Shown here one piece after another: positions 13,441-27,100 of a stretch of 64,000 nt of DNA. The notes under the pieces were generated by a model that saw only the letters and a program-made list of their open reading frames with translations, was not told the origin of the DNA and searched no databases. A program made the position numbers and the translations under genes. How positions within the stretch are numbered: position 1 is the first letter of the stretch; every line of letters begins with the position of its first letter. Source of the DNA: Octopus bimaculoides (taxonomy: Eukaryota); NCBI RefSeq assembly GCF_001194135.2, contig NC_068983.1:36821091-36885090 (forward strand). The letters are read 5' to 3'.

Positions 13441-13469
13441 AGGTTTCTGAAGAATAGAATAAAAATTAA

Positions 13470-13830
13470 AGACGTGGGCATGTGGTTAAGACGCTTGCTT
13501 CCTAGCCACATTGTTTCGGGTTCAGTTCCATTCTGTGGCACTTTGAACAAATGTCTTCTGCTATAGTCCTGGGTCGATCAAAGCCTTGTGAACGAATTCG
13601 GTAGTGGGAAACTGAAAGAAGCTGTGTGTGTGTGTATGCTTGTGTTCCTAGTCTTGACATAACATTTCCGATATTCTGTGAAAACATGTCTAGTCATGTG
13701 TGGATAAAACCCTGTTTGAAAAAAAGGTGAGAGTTGATGACAGGAAGAGCATCCTGCTGTACAAAACATGCCTCGGGAACCCATGTAAGCATGGAAAAAT
13801 GGGCGTTAAAACGATGGTGGAGATGGTAGT
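13470..13830 (+). mobile_element. SINE family B head with an alternative (RTE-type) tail
   Basis: gacgtgggcatgtggttaagacg head and CORE-like block, (TG)n, then a tail ending gcatggaaaaatgggcgttaaaacgatggtg, unlike the tail of the 11335 and 12222 copies. Confidence 0.75.
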
Positions 13831-15749
13831 AGACTAACAAACCTAAATCATTCAACTGAAAATTGTTCCATCCTGTCCCAGTTTGGACACGGATCCTATT
13901 GTCTAAACTACAATATTTTCGCTTATTCCATTATCCATGGATTATGGACATTGCTCTTGCAAAGGGGATATGGTAGGAAGCACTGAACCCTAGTTTAAAA
14001 TAGACTTATGGTTCAAAAACTTTTTATATGGATTTGTTTTGCCTGATACAGAAGATATAAATCAATAAAGGATGGAAGCATTTTTTAAATAATAGTTTTT
14101 GTTAAAAAGGACATTAGCAGCGTAAATAAAATAGTGATAACCGGAAATAAGAAATATGGTTGAAGATTAGATTTCAGGAGAACTTATTTCTTAACAACAC
14201 CCAGCTCTAAATCAGAAAATATAGGAAAAAAAGTGCTATATAGAAGTTGAAAATGGCGCTTTCATTTACATTGTAATACTTGAACACGTCATAGAGTTGA
14301 TGTATCCTGGGATCATTTGGTGTTTCGGGTCTCAAAACATATACCCTCAGCCAGGCGACTTCACCGAGGTTGATCAAGCTTAGCCCCGTTTCCAAGCTGC
14401 ATTCTGCTGATCCCCACCACACAATCATCGCTTTCCACCCAAAGCCACTTAGATGGGGGTTTTTTAACAGCCTCTACGTTGTTCTCGATGGTTCTTCTGT
14501 TCACTAAAGTAAGGCATATTTTTACGTACAGAGAGGAATAATTATTAACCCTCTTTAAATTAAAATCTGGACCCAACAACACCGTCATTAAGATTAAGGC
14601 TCTTAATTAGAGTCGAGCTATATGTGCAGATCTCGCATTCTACACTAGACTTCATGCCATCGTCATCACAAATTCATTGAAAACATTGGTTTCTTTTTAT
14701 AAGATGCATTCAACCGGAACAGAATGTCAAGGTACAGAATCAAATAGATACATGAACGACTGTTTTGAAATACGAGTTCCTGGTGTTGTGCTTCGGGAGC
14801 TAATCGAAGGTTGACTCAGTGATATTCAAAGAGAGTCAAATCATTGGAAGTTTCATTCAAATATTCGAAGTTACTGAAGAACTCGTTGACATGTATGACA
14901 TAATCCGCTTCCGCTTTGTCGAAGATTCTAATAACGGACAAATCAGAGCAAAGTCTTAAGATTCTTCTGTAAAAGGAAGGGCTGTTGAATTTGAACGAGT
15001 CTGTGCTTGAATTTAAGGAATTCTTTTATTATTAACAGTAAAACGAAAGCTTTTGAATTCTCTGACGAAGTATCTAAGAAAGAGCAAACTCATGTAAACC
15101 CATCCCAAATGTTTCATAACCAAAAGTAAAATTGTTTCAAATAAAGTCAAGATGCAATGAATAAATAAATAAATGGAATGAAGTTCACTCGAATATTTGT
15201 TTTTATTGAAAGCCATTATTTAGAAAAACAATGTTTCATACAAAATAAATATGAAAGAAATAAAACAATAATCTCATAAATAAAAAGAAAACTTACCGCG
15301 AACATCATGGTTGCATTGTTAAAGGTTGAAATAAACTTCTAGATTTTAAGTTCTAGCGAAGTAGCTGTGTGAATTAGGAGGGCAAGAATTTCATTTGAGA
15401 TGTTCTGTCCTTTCAATAATGAGGTTCGTTATCATTTGAATGGAAGGGGGAGATAAATACTAGATCTCTTTGCAGGCGACAGGTGTGGTCGATAAAATTG
15501 ATGTTAAACTTCTGCAGACTGGGAGAGAATAAGCAAATAAGAAAACTGCGAATGTGGGTAGGAAGGATTTGTTGAAGTTTGGAAATTAAGGTTAAGATGG
15601 GATGTCAAATGACAGAGAAGTGATAAATGGGTGCGTTGGGTGGGCGTTCTTAAAGTTGGTATATAGCTTGGTACTTCAGAGAAAAGCCATTATGGCGTCG
15701 GTGATAGTGAGTGAGTGAGTGAGGAGTAGGGGGACAGAAGGAGGGTGAG

Positions 15750-16530
15750 GAGAGAGAGGAAGAAGAATAAAGAGGGAGAGAGACAGAGAGATGATAGGAA
15801 ATATGAAAGGGAGAAGAGAGAGAGAGGAGTAGAGTGAGAGAAAAGGCGGCTGGACAAAGAGAGAAAGAAGAATAAAGAGAGAGAGAGAGAAAAGCATGGG
15901 AATAGCGAGGAAGAGGAGCAGAAAGAGTGAGAAAAGGAGGGGTGGACAGAGAGATGCTAGAAGAAGGGTTAACAAAAAAATAGAAATTGGAATATAAAAA
16001 GGTGCTTAACGGGAGAAAGATAAGTAATGGGAAAGAAAGGGTTAGGATTACAGAGGATGGGAGAGGGAAAAATAGCACGTCAGCAGAATAGTGGTGATAG
16101 GGTATTGGTAAAGGAGAACAAACCAATCAGCTGGATGGTCTTCTAGGATGTGTATGTGCGTGTGTATGTGTCTGCATGCGTGCATGTGCGTGCTCACCCA
16201 TATGGACAGTATCTTGATATAGGACAGTATCTTGATATAGGACAACGCTGTGTGCGGAAGTGAGAGAGAGAGAGTAGAGAGAAAGAGGAGAGGGAAGAGA
16301 GAGAGGAGAGAGAGAAAGTGGAGAGAGAAGAGGAAGAGAGAAAGAAGAGGAAGAGAGAAAGAGAAGAGAAGAGAAAGAGGCGAGAGAGAGAAGAAAGGAG
16401 AAACAGAAAAGAGAGGAGGAGATAGGAGAGAAAAGGAAAGATATAAAAGAGAGAGAGAGATGACAGAAAGAGAGAGATGACAGAAAGAGNNNNNNNNNNA
16501 GAGGAGACGGGGAGAGGAGGAGAGGAGACG
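15750..16530. repeat. Purine-rich (GA) low-complexity tract with an embedded 18-bp tandem repeat
   Basis: Nearly pure A/G at 15750-15960 and 16260-16530; (tataggacagtatcttga) about 2.5 times at 16201-16244. Confidence 0.85.
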
Positions 16531-17017
16531 GGGAGAGAAAAATGTGTACGTATAGGTTTGAGTGTGCGCGCGCGTCCCCACATGGTAAGAAGTGATGGCA
16601 TAAGTTTGACTAAAGTACAAGAGGAGGAGGAGAAAAACAACTGAACCTGGGGCCCCCGGGGTGGCTAGAACAATTATGAAAAGATGGGACAATAAAAACT
16701 GTTGTCCAGATGTATTATTGTTGTCCACCGCCGCTATATCACCTCTACACTATGAAACAATGAAAAAACAGTAAGAGTAACCCAGATATTGCTGTAAAAA
16801 TATACACAATCTTTATGTCTTTATGATTCTTCTTTTCTTTTTTTTTTAATTAGGAATGAATCGATAATTAATTATGTCTATTTTCCGACATTGCTACTGT
16901 TGGAATAAAGTTCAATAACTGATTGGAGAAAAATAATGAATAAATAATACAAAGATCGATTTTGAACAACGACAGTATTTTCCTCTTGAAATTTGTTCAC
17001 TTGATGACGGTGTAAAA

Positions 17018-17112
17018 TCGGTAATTTCCGGTGACGTTGGTAGTTTGAGATCGGTAATCTCCGGTGATATTGGTGGTTTGAGGTCGATAATCTCCGTTGA
17101 CGTCGGTAATAT
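17018..17112. repeat. 33-bp tandem repeat, about 3 copies
   Basis: tcggtaatttccggtgacgttggtagtttgaga / tcggtaatctccggtgatattggtggtttgagg / tcgataatctccgttgacgtcggtaat. Confidence 0.85.
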
Positions 17113-19578
17113 TCAACTACCTCTATACCTTTGTCACTGATAGTAATGATCACTCAGTGACTGGGGTATAGGGCAGTTGATAAAAACCCGTAACAACGAT
17201 AACAACAGCCGTATCTTCAAGTAAGCGTCGGTCAAGGAAAAGACGACCAAAGTCTAGCGATAAATTCGTGATCCAGTACCGAAACTTATATTCCGTTTTC
17301 AATCCAGTTGCCATCTTAAGAGTTACTAAATTGAAATACAGTTTAAAACAGAAAAAAAAATAAGACATTTCACTCCATTACATTGAGCAAACTATCAGAG
17401 AGAGAGAGAGAGAGAAAGCAAAAGAGATAGAGGTATAGAGAGAGAGAGAAAGAGAGATAAAGGGGGGGGGGGGCACCGGATGATTACGACTAAGGATGGT
17501 TCACACTAGTTGTTCTGTGAATGAGCTACTGAGTTGCTTTAAAGACAAGCGGCGCCAGGTCAAACACGTCCCAGACACTCAAATCACAATCACTTCAATA
17601 TTTTTATCGATGGTGGCCTAGATTCACAGTCGCCTCTTATTTTTACACCAGGATATATGTAAGCTATTGACAATTGTGTTGCCAGGAGGTCACATTGTAC
17701 AGAGCCTAACTTCCAGATTTTAAGATACGATAAATTGTCTAGTCTAATTTTTCTTTGTCACAGATACACATTACAAAATCATTGTTTACTATACACACAA
17801 CCAGGATATGGTCTTTTCCCTCAATCACAGTACGTAATCTAAAGTCGCTGATATTTTCAGTGGGATTTGAACAATGAATTAGTATATTTACCGGTTCGAT
17901 TTCCAGCCGTTACCAAATGTCGTATTCCTAGATGTGTACACTATCCAAGACTGGATTCTAATTAGAAATCTTTATTTCTAAACAAACTGCAGCGTTGGCT
18001 TTTTTTCTGTGGCTTATTCAGAGAAGGAAAGGCAACACCAATGACGATATTGCGGAGCCTCCAAGATTAGAGAGGGGGAAAATAAGAAACTACAAATTAT
18101 AAATTACCTTCTGGCTAGAGGCCTAGGAGTCGGGAGGTGTTAAAACGAAAAACAGACTTAGAAATTTATAATTGGCAAGTCGGCTTTCTTGTTCAATTAT
18201 ATATTTATCGATGCTAAAATTGATATCAACTCGTCAATACTTACAATTAAAATAATAAGATGACGAGAACAAATTTGGACAAAGCTGAAAGGTGGATAAT
18301 TCGTACCCTGCCACCATAGCTGTTATATTGCACTCCGCAAAGCTTAAATTAAAGATTCCAGCTACACAACTGTAATTAGATAGCACTGGGAATAGTTAAA
18401 CAGTGGGAGCACTAAGTAAAGAGTGTTTTGCTAGTTGGCACCGATGAGCTCAAATTCTTGTGGGAACAAAATCTTAGAAAAGCTAGGATTATGATGAGAA
18501 AGGGGAAGGGAGGAGAAAGGAGAGGGAAAAGAGAGAGGGTGAGATAAGAGTCAGATAAATCGCTTAACCGCCTGATACCCTGAAAAACTGGTAGGAAGTT
18601 TCCGAAGACAGTCACAGCTTCTATCCAGTAACTACAGTGAATAGGAAAATGGGGGGGGNNNNNNNNNNGGGGGGGGAGTTGGATGGAGTGAACTTGGCAT
18701 TCTTTAATAGGCCTACCCGACAGTTTGTTTTTCATTTGCACCAAAATTTTGTTGCTGAATTCTAAAACATTGGGGAAAAAAATGAATAAACAAGTAAATA
18801 AAATTGCACATTCAAACATTCCTTTATGGCTTTCAATAGTTGAAATTACGAAACCACTCCCAGAAGTTAAAGTTAGTAGGGTCATGTTCTGAAGTTAATG
18901 TCAAATGACTTAAGTAATGACAAGGGCGAAATGGTAAACGAGGGAATTTGAAAAGAAATAAATATTAGAAAATAAATAAGGCGGGAAAAGTAAGCAATTC
19001 ACAGATTTAAATCTTATTTTGTATTTTGAGAATTAAGTTTCTTAAAATTCGAATTGTTTACGAAAATCTGGTAGTCCATGAGATGAAATTAACTTCCCCA
19101 TGAATACAAACGGTTTGAGTAAATAGAGGCACAGGACTAAGGAATATAAGCAGTAGGTTAGGTGAGAACAGGAATCAGCTCATATAAGGTGAATATGCCT
19201 TTCTTTAGAATATTAACGATGGATTTATAGACAGAAGCATCCAGGAGAAAGAGAAATGCGAAGTTGTGGCGTTTATGTTTTCTTTCCAAATTAATTAGCG
19301 ATATGAGTAATATGTAGCTATCTGAAAACGTCTCGCCAGTTCTACTAACAAAGAGTTTTCATCTTGCTATAAGAGGCACGCTATTTATTTCAGTAATAAT
19401 ATCTGATTTTTGCACAAGGCAATCAATTCTGAGGATGGCGGGTTAGTCGACACCATCAACCCCAGTTTTGGACTTGTTCTTTATTTCATCGACCCCGGAT
19501 TTGAACTCAGAATACAAACCATCGGAACAAATACCACAAAGCATTTTTTTCCGACCCTCTAACGATTCTGCTAGCTCG

Positions 19579-19625
<47 letters not shown>

Positions 19626-19627
19626 CA

Positions 19628-19663
<36 letters not shown>

Positions 19664-20614
19664 TATATATCAGTAATAACGTTTAACAAATGTATTAACC
19701 TTGTCATGTTAATTTTGGAGTGGGTAAGTGAAATACATTATTTACGACTTTTAATTAATTTTGAAAATAAGCAAGAATTTGGTGGGATTTAGTAAAATAG
19801 AATTGCGATTAGTAATTTAGTGTTCGAAACATGAAAAACGTTACCTAGAATTATGTTGAAAGGTTTTAATTTAGATAAAAAACATTTCGAAAACAAATTT
19901 TTGTTCCATTGAAACAGGAACAGTTTCATGCGGATTGTTATCAAAAGTGTTAATGCAAAATGGTTTTATGTGACTTGCCCAAAGATAAGATGCAATGCCT
20001 TAAGAAAGACGAGCTCAAGATCTGAACCACAGAACAATAATATAAGGTAAACATTTGTGTACTGAGATTGCTGCTCTATTCGATCTCCAAATGCTGGAGT
20101 CGAGGTTTCAGGTTGCGGGGCAACTCTGTAGTGTTTCGTCCCCTTCCACTGCGACACAGGAGCGTCCTAGGACTACCCACCGATGGTGACAAAACTCCCA
20201 CACAGCAGCACGAGCTCCGTCGAGTCAAGTGTTGTGACTTTAGACTAGATGTTTCTACCATCTTCGATGCTCGTTCTTGCTACACCACTGGTCTTCTCTC
20301 GAAGATAAACTCATGATCTAAACCCACCCAACAATAATTAGATAATTGTTATTTGTACAGATATGAAAGAAGGACTAAGAGAGGAGAGAAAATGCTTTAG
20401 TTGTGACATTCATATTTTTCAGAAAGGCATTAGTAGTGTTAGCAAAATAAAACAGCTCAAAATCGAGAATCTAATCAAAGCCAACTTGTGGTCTACGTGC
20501 TCGTAATATATTATAACTCAAGGCCCTTTCATTGTAAAACGAAACAGTTTTATTTCATCCAGACATATCATGCATGTCTTAAACACGATGATAATGCAAG
20601 ATGTTATGTTTAGA

Positions 20615-20790
20615 TTAACCCTGATCAAGCAGACTTGTGACAAAAGATTTTTTAGCCATGACTATCTCATTTTTGTGAGGTAATCTAAGACTACATTCTC
20701 TATTCTATTCCTTCTTTGAAGAACGATGGTGTGTGATTTGAGAAATTTGACAACTATTTTTAGCTAGTTGCTTTTTCATGGGCTCCTGAC
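20615..20790 (+). mobile_element. Unclassified dispersed repeat family D (representative copy)
   Basis: Motifs ccctgatcaagcagac...agccatgact...gtgtgatttga.ag(a)attt(g/a)gct.ctattt recur at about 1155-1225, 1300-1350, 2840-2880, 7400-7450, 24520-24640 (-), 26285-26480, 28740-28860 (-), 32440-32520 (-), 32700-32880, 46300-46360 (-), 54480-55000 and 56240-56460. Confidence 0.65.
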
Positions 20791-21241
20791 CGCGGGGCTT
20801 CGTATGTCTTATAGATTTGTCAATCTGATAAGGGTCAGTCAAGGGTTAAATATATAACTCAGAAATCCTCTGTGCAGTCGCTCAAGCCTCTTTAAATAGC
20901 AGCTAAATTTCCTCATTTTACATTCTACCGTCTCAAATTTGGAAAGGACGACATTGGACAATGTAGTCCTATATATGTATATATATTGGACTACAAGGTA
21001 AACTGGGAGAAAACTGTCTAGAAGGCAGTGTTTATTTTACCATGATATAATTTAAAATATCAAAAGAAATACTGCAAGTTTACTAGCTTAGGCCCATATT
21101 TTAAGGGAAACAAGCAGAATTCTGAATTTTGAAACAAAATTGTAAAGACATTTAGTTTTAAAATAAGACAAGCTTAAACATACAATGCAAGCATACGCAT
21201 GTACATACATACATGTGTGTAGACAAATGTGTACTTATACG

Positions 21242-21272
<31 letters not shown>

Positions 21273-23504
21273 CACTTTTTTATAACATACATTTAAAACA
21301 ATGTCATGCATAGGATATAACCACCCATAATTATGTGTGCGCATGCATATTATATATGCATGTGCAAGCATATTATGTGTGCATGCATATATAATTAGTA
21401 GCACGGATACAAACAATCAAAGTCATTTACATTTTGAAATGATACAAGGCCACCACTACACCCTTATTCGGATTTTGAGATAACGAAGAATGTCTTCTAA
21501 CAAAACATAAGACTTAGAAAATCAAAAAGTAATCAAACATCTTTTATCAACTAACAGCAGTCGCATCAGTTTGTCTTAGTATTTCTTTTTTCTCTTTTTT
21601 TTTTATAGAAAAGAAAATGAAATTTCCATTACATGCCATTAGGAAAAAATTTCCAAAATGTGTATCGACCATGCATAACAGAATAGAATAGAAATTATCT
21701 ATAAATTCGTCGTTTAAAGCGTGCATAGATTTATATAAAACATTCCTGTAAAATACAGTTTACATTCATAAAATATATTCGATGTTATACTTCTATGTGC
21801 AGTCATAGGCAAAAGTTGGTATTGTGAGACGTGTGTGTGTGTGTATTTATTCAACCTAACATACCTACTCAATCCTAAATATCAATAAATTGCTTTCATA
21901 CATTTATTTATTTAGTTAGTTTCCTTTGTTTATTTCTTAAGTGTTTTCTTGTTAGAAGCCATTAGTTTTTGTCTGTGCAATTATTAATTTATTGTTAGTA
22001 TTTACCGCCAAGAATACATCAACCTCATTGGCTAATAATGTGATGACGATTAACCATTTCGTTCTGAGTAATGTCAGCTTTTAATTTCTTTGTCGCAAGA
22101 CTTGCGTGCTTCAAATGACTAATAACAAGCAATAATTTCTTTCTTTGCCACAAGGGAACCAAAAATAAATAAATAAATAAATAAATAAATAAAGGATGTT
22201 TAAAAAAAACAGGAAAAAGGAGTGCTCAGTGGATTTTTAAATGAAATTATGAAAAATATGGTTTTATACAAAAATGTAAATAGATACTTACGAAAAGAAA
22301 AATACATGACCATACAGAGTAGATGGATGCATACCAAAATAGGACTGCTCTAAACATAAGACAAATATTTTCTGTCAGTTCTAGCCTGTAACTTAATAGA
22401 CTGATAGGACGTTTCGCCCACGTCAAAAATAGCCAGCATCACACACACACATTTCAGAAACCCTTGCCCAAAAGGAAGGCTCCGCCACCTGACCCTCCTT
22501 TTATGTACTACTAACACTTGAAAGTTACGATGCAATAATAATACTCAAAGGAGAATAAAGGTGGTCTCACTAGAATAGAAAAGAAGAATTGTCTTCTTTT
22601 CCGAGTAGTGGGCGCCGAATAACATTTGCAGTGTCAGAAAGAAAGGGCACTCGAGAGAAAATTGGCTAAGCAGAATGAAAATGCTTTCGGGTCCCGGAAG
22701 GTGAAGAACTTTCAAAAACTGAAGGGGCAATGAGATTTTAGGCAGAGGTCAGGCAAATAGTTACAGGGTTTTTGCGAGCCCCGGTTGAGCAAGCCCTCTT
22801 ATAAACCCTCGTCAAAGGCTCATAGCCAAGACTAGGGATGAGTATGATACATAACTGATACTTATTTTAGCAGTCACAGAGGAAATAGTAGCAAAGCCCA
22901 CCCAGGTAAAGTCAGAAGGTACGTCCTTTATACATAGATATTTTGACCCTTAACTATCATTGCCTGCCTCATCACTACCCTTTATCTAAATGATTATTTC
23001 TAAACTAAGCATTTAATTAGCTCAGAATAATCGACTTAAATCCGAGTGTTTGACGGCTATTTAATGTATCAAGTGGGAAGTAGGTGATGTTAGGGTAAGT
23101 TGAAGACAAAGCTAGTGGGATTCACTAAGCATAGCTAGAGTGTGTGCCGCCTGGGGCGTCCCTTCCGTTTGTCTCCCCAGACCCCACAAAAAAAACATTG
23201 CCTAGAGTAGACCCAAAAGTGCTGCCAGGGGAGGACTGCCCCTACGCTAGTGGTGGGATTTGAATTTGGAACGTGAAGTGGTATAACTAAATTCTGCAAC
23301 ATTTTGTTCGGAGCTGGATCACCGTTTCGGCCGCAAATGAAGAATAATTTCTAAAATCAGTTTTTAAAATAAAAATGGTGATTTTCAACAATCGAAATTA
23401 ACTTCTTTTTAATATAATTCAGTAGCTTATATTACGTAATATATAGCTAGTAAAGTTATCTTCTTGAATGTTTAATTTTTCAACTATAATAATTATTTCT
23501 ACTA

Positions 23505-24115
23505 TAGACGAAAGGTAAAAAATTTTGAGGGGGAGGGGTAGTCGATTATATCAATCTTGGCACTTATTTTATCAACCCGAAAGAATGAAAGGCAAAATAG
23601 ACCTCAGACATTTGAACACAGAACGTAAAGGCGCAGTAAATAATAATGATTTCAAATCTTGGCTCAAGGCCAGCAATTTCGGAGGATGGAGTAAGTTGAT
23701 TACATTAACCCCAGTACTCAACTGGTACTTAATTTATCGACCCCGAAAAGATCAAAGGAAAACGTCAACCTCGGCGGAATTTGAACTCAGAACGTAAAGA
23801 CGGACGAAATAGTAATAATAATCCTTTCTGCTCTAGGCACAAGGCCAGAAATTTTGGGGGAGGTGAGGGCCAGTCGATTATATCGACCCCAGTACGCAGC
23901 TAGTACTTAATTTATCAACCCCGAAAGGATGAAAGGCAAAGTCGACCTCGGCGGAATTTGAACTCAGAACGTAAAAACGGACGAAATAGTAATAATAATC
24001 CTTTCTACTATAGACACAACGTCTGAAATTTTGAGGGAGGGGACTGGTCGATGATATTGACCCCGAAAGGATGAAAGGTAAAGACGACCGAGATGGAATT
24101 TGAACTCAGAACAAA
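23505..24115 (-). mobile_element. Head-to-tail array of four 5'-truncated family A SINE units
   Basis: Body motif cccgaaag..tgaaagg.aaa at about 23576, 23742, 23920 and 24061; the same junction cggacgaaatagtaataataatcctttct occurs at 23801 and 23978. Confidence 0.85.
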
Positions 24116-27100
24116 ATGATACAATTTTCTTTGTTCGTTTTGACGTTCTCACGATTCTGTCGGTGTAAAAGTATTCATAGTTCTTTTTACATAGTTTATA
24201 AATGAATGACTACGAAATATTCACGAAGTACAGGAGTGACCCCTCAAGGGAGTAATGAATATTAAAATCCCAATTAACCTAATTCACAAGCAGAAATTAA
24301 TTGCCTTACGAAGCTAGTTTACTTCCCTTATGTTACTTATGTCTTTGAGATAGGAATGACGACCACACAATCCCATTTCCTTTCGTGATAAATTTTTAGG
24401 CACGTTTAAAGTATGCATAAATTTATATATGTCTGCCGAATAAACATTGACAGGAAACTTTAAAAGGATTAAACACAGAAAAACTGGACAGAAAGAAAAT
24501 AAGTGAAACCAACAATAAAGCCTATACGTGGCTGCACAACCTGCTAAAAATGACAGCCAGATCTCCTTCAAACCACATCTAACCGCCTGAACAAAGAACA
24601 CTTTGGATAATGCAGTCTGGAGAACACTAGACATAATAAAAAAGAAAAAAGAGATGGTCACGTTTTTTTTTTGTTTTTTTTAAATCATAGGCCTATTCGA
24701 TCAGGACTGAAATGGGGTCAAAAAATAAAGGAACGGATTAAATTTCATCGCATCCTTCCCGAAACCGAGAGCAAATCTCACAAACAGTAGGGCCTTTTTT
24801 TTCTTTTCTTTGTCTCCGATATCGCTACTCCAAGAGAAAATTGACAATATGTCAAGTAAAGAATGTCCATTATAAGAAAAGAATATATATATAACTAAGA
24901 AATATGGTAAAATAGTCACACGCTAATTGCTTTTATGTACTGGATCTTTGCAGAGACTGTCCTACCTCATCACAGAGGTCCTTTCGCTTCCGAATTTTTC
25001 CCGGTTTTAGCTGATGCCACAGGAAGTAAACATGTTACACAACTGCATGAAATAACTAACACACAGGTATATCGGTATCCGTGTTTTGTATATGTAATAG
25101 ATTATCCATAAACTATCCATATTATGTCATTAATCACACACACACACACACACACGGCATAGCTTGTCAGGTCTCATTATACATCATTGTACTTAACGAC
25201 AGCCAATGATGAATTGTGACAGCTACAACTAGAGCATTACCCCACATTGCACCTCTTGACATCTGAACCGAGACCTGACAAAAGAACAGGTGTCACCGAA
25301 AGAGGAGGGCCTTATTAAATACATACACTCACAATGCCGTATGTTATTTATTTAAGCGCCAAACCAAACCTAACTGGGGAGAAATTACTTTTTAGTATTT
25401 ATTTTATGAAAGAAAAAAATTCTATTTGAATGGGCCTAATTTGTCATAAACACAACATTAATTATCATCACAAAATTTTGTTTCTCTGTACGCAATGAAA
25501 TCTGTAACATNNNNNNNNNNNNNNNNNNNNNNNNNNNNNNNNNNNNNNNNNNNNNNNNNNNNNNNNNNNNNNNNNNNNNNNNNNNNNNNNNTTACACGAC
25601 CCTTGATGTGGCACTAATAAAATTAAGAAAGTAGGAATGGTATCTTCATGCTGCTAATATCTTACTGATTTACTTCAGTTACCATTATTGTTTGGAGCTG
25701 TGCATATTGTACATTTATTGTTGAAAAATTAGTCAACCTATAAAATGCAGGGAGGTTTTTATTTTATTTTACTTTTTTGCATGTTGAGATCCCAAAGGGA
25801 ACCTTTAATTGCTATTGATCAATGGGATACGTGAAAAGGTTTAACTTTGAAATCAACAATTCAAGACGTCGAATTTTTTCTTCTTTTTTTTTTTGTTTGA
25901 AGTAAAAAAAAAAAGGGTGGGGGGTATATTTCAAGTTAAAAGCTTCATACATCATGAGAAAGAAAAAGGGTATTTATTTTTTTTTCCTAATGTTTTAAGT
26001 ATTTGTGTTTCATACAACGGACATTTTTCAGAACTTTGCTACGAGACAATGGGCTCCTAATCCGAAACCTCGATAGAATATGAATGTTGTCAAATCCAGA
26101 TCTTACGCAAGGGGTATTTGCAACAAGATGGCAATCAAATCGAAATCTTGGAACTTAGAATGAATGCATAACAGCATTCATTTGAAAACACCAATTACAA
26201 TTAAGAAAATGGATTAAAGTGGATAACCAAACAGACATGTAGCCAAATGAATGCAATCATTCACCAAACGGATTCCATCTCACTAGTGTTGCTGTTTAGC
26301 CCTAGGTCAACCCCGGTTCGCAGAACCTATTATAAACGTCGGCGCAACAAGGAACATCACGTTTTTTCTTTTAATTTTTTTCAAAGCATCCTTTACGTTA
26401 AAAGGGTATTTTAAGAGAAATTTAGCTGCTATTTTACCGAATCGTACAACCTGTTTAGGGGTTTCCTCGTTGGCTCGAGCCTGTTGGTTTTCACAAGGAA
26501 GAATATCTCAGATTTCGAGTATATTCGAAAACCTTAACATCAAGTCTAACTATAAAATGAAAAAAAAGGTTAGCCTTTACTCTCAAGCATGTATGAACTG
26601 GTGGATTGTTCCATACTTTCGCTAATTGTTTTAGGTGCCCGTATAGTTGCGAGTAGACATAGACACCCTCTTGGCCTCTTTGCTTGACCCAGCGAAATAT
26701 CGAGGATGCAATAGTTGAAGGGAGAGAAGACTGTACCAACAGTCGGCTGGTAGTCATTTTCGGCTGAATAGATTGAAACAACGTGAAATGATGCGTCTTG
26801 CTCAATGGCACATGGTAATAGCCTGGCTCGGAAATCGAACCCACGACCCTGATCATTAGACCACCTATCATTTCATGATAGTCGCTATTAATTGCAGTCA
26901 CATACCAATGTCCACTATTATAAAATGAAGCACTAAAGTGTAATAGTGATACAACATATATCTACCTTCAGCGGCCCCTCCAGTGTCGCCTTACAATGTA
27001 TTATTGATATAGGATGAAATACAGAAATATTTAAGAAAACTACTTCTGAGGTATGGGACTTCGAAGGCAGTTATTCCAAAATTCTGCCAAGATATTTTCG

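Noticed and set aside
13067-13442. Recurrent peptide WYLIYRPRKDERQSR..RNLNSE in many ORFs
   Set aside because: Antisense translation of SINE family A, not a protein family.
15290-15330. Minus-strand ATGATGTTCGCG|GTAAGT and plus-strand ATG|GTAAGA (16582) as candidate first coding exons
   Set aside because: Donor motifs alone are common by chance and no downstream exon could be linked.
15650-16728. Leu/Ser/Phe-rich ORFs of 148-231 aa (also 43389-44284 and 61774-62469)
   Set aside because: They arise from CT/GA-skewed low-complexity tracts; no domain or splice support.
17177-17840. Plus-strand donor at 17221 with strong acceptor at 17763
   Set aside because: In-frame stops or meaningless peptides in the phase-compatible joins.
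22400-22432. Minus-strand uugacgu-gggc-GAAACGUC
   Set aside because: Two core mismatches, no stem II and no stem I.
23505-24115. CRISPR-like repeat/spacer pattern
   Set aside because: The repeats are SINE bodies in a eukaryotic context, with no unique spacers or cas genes.
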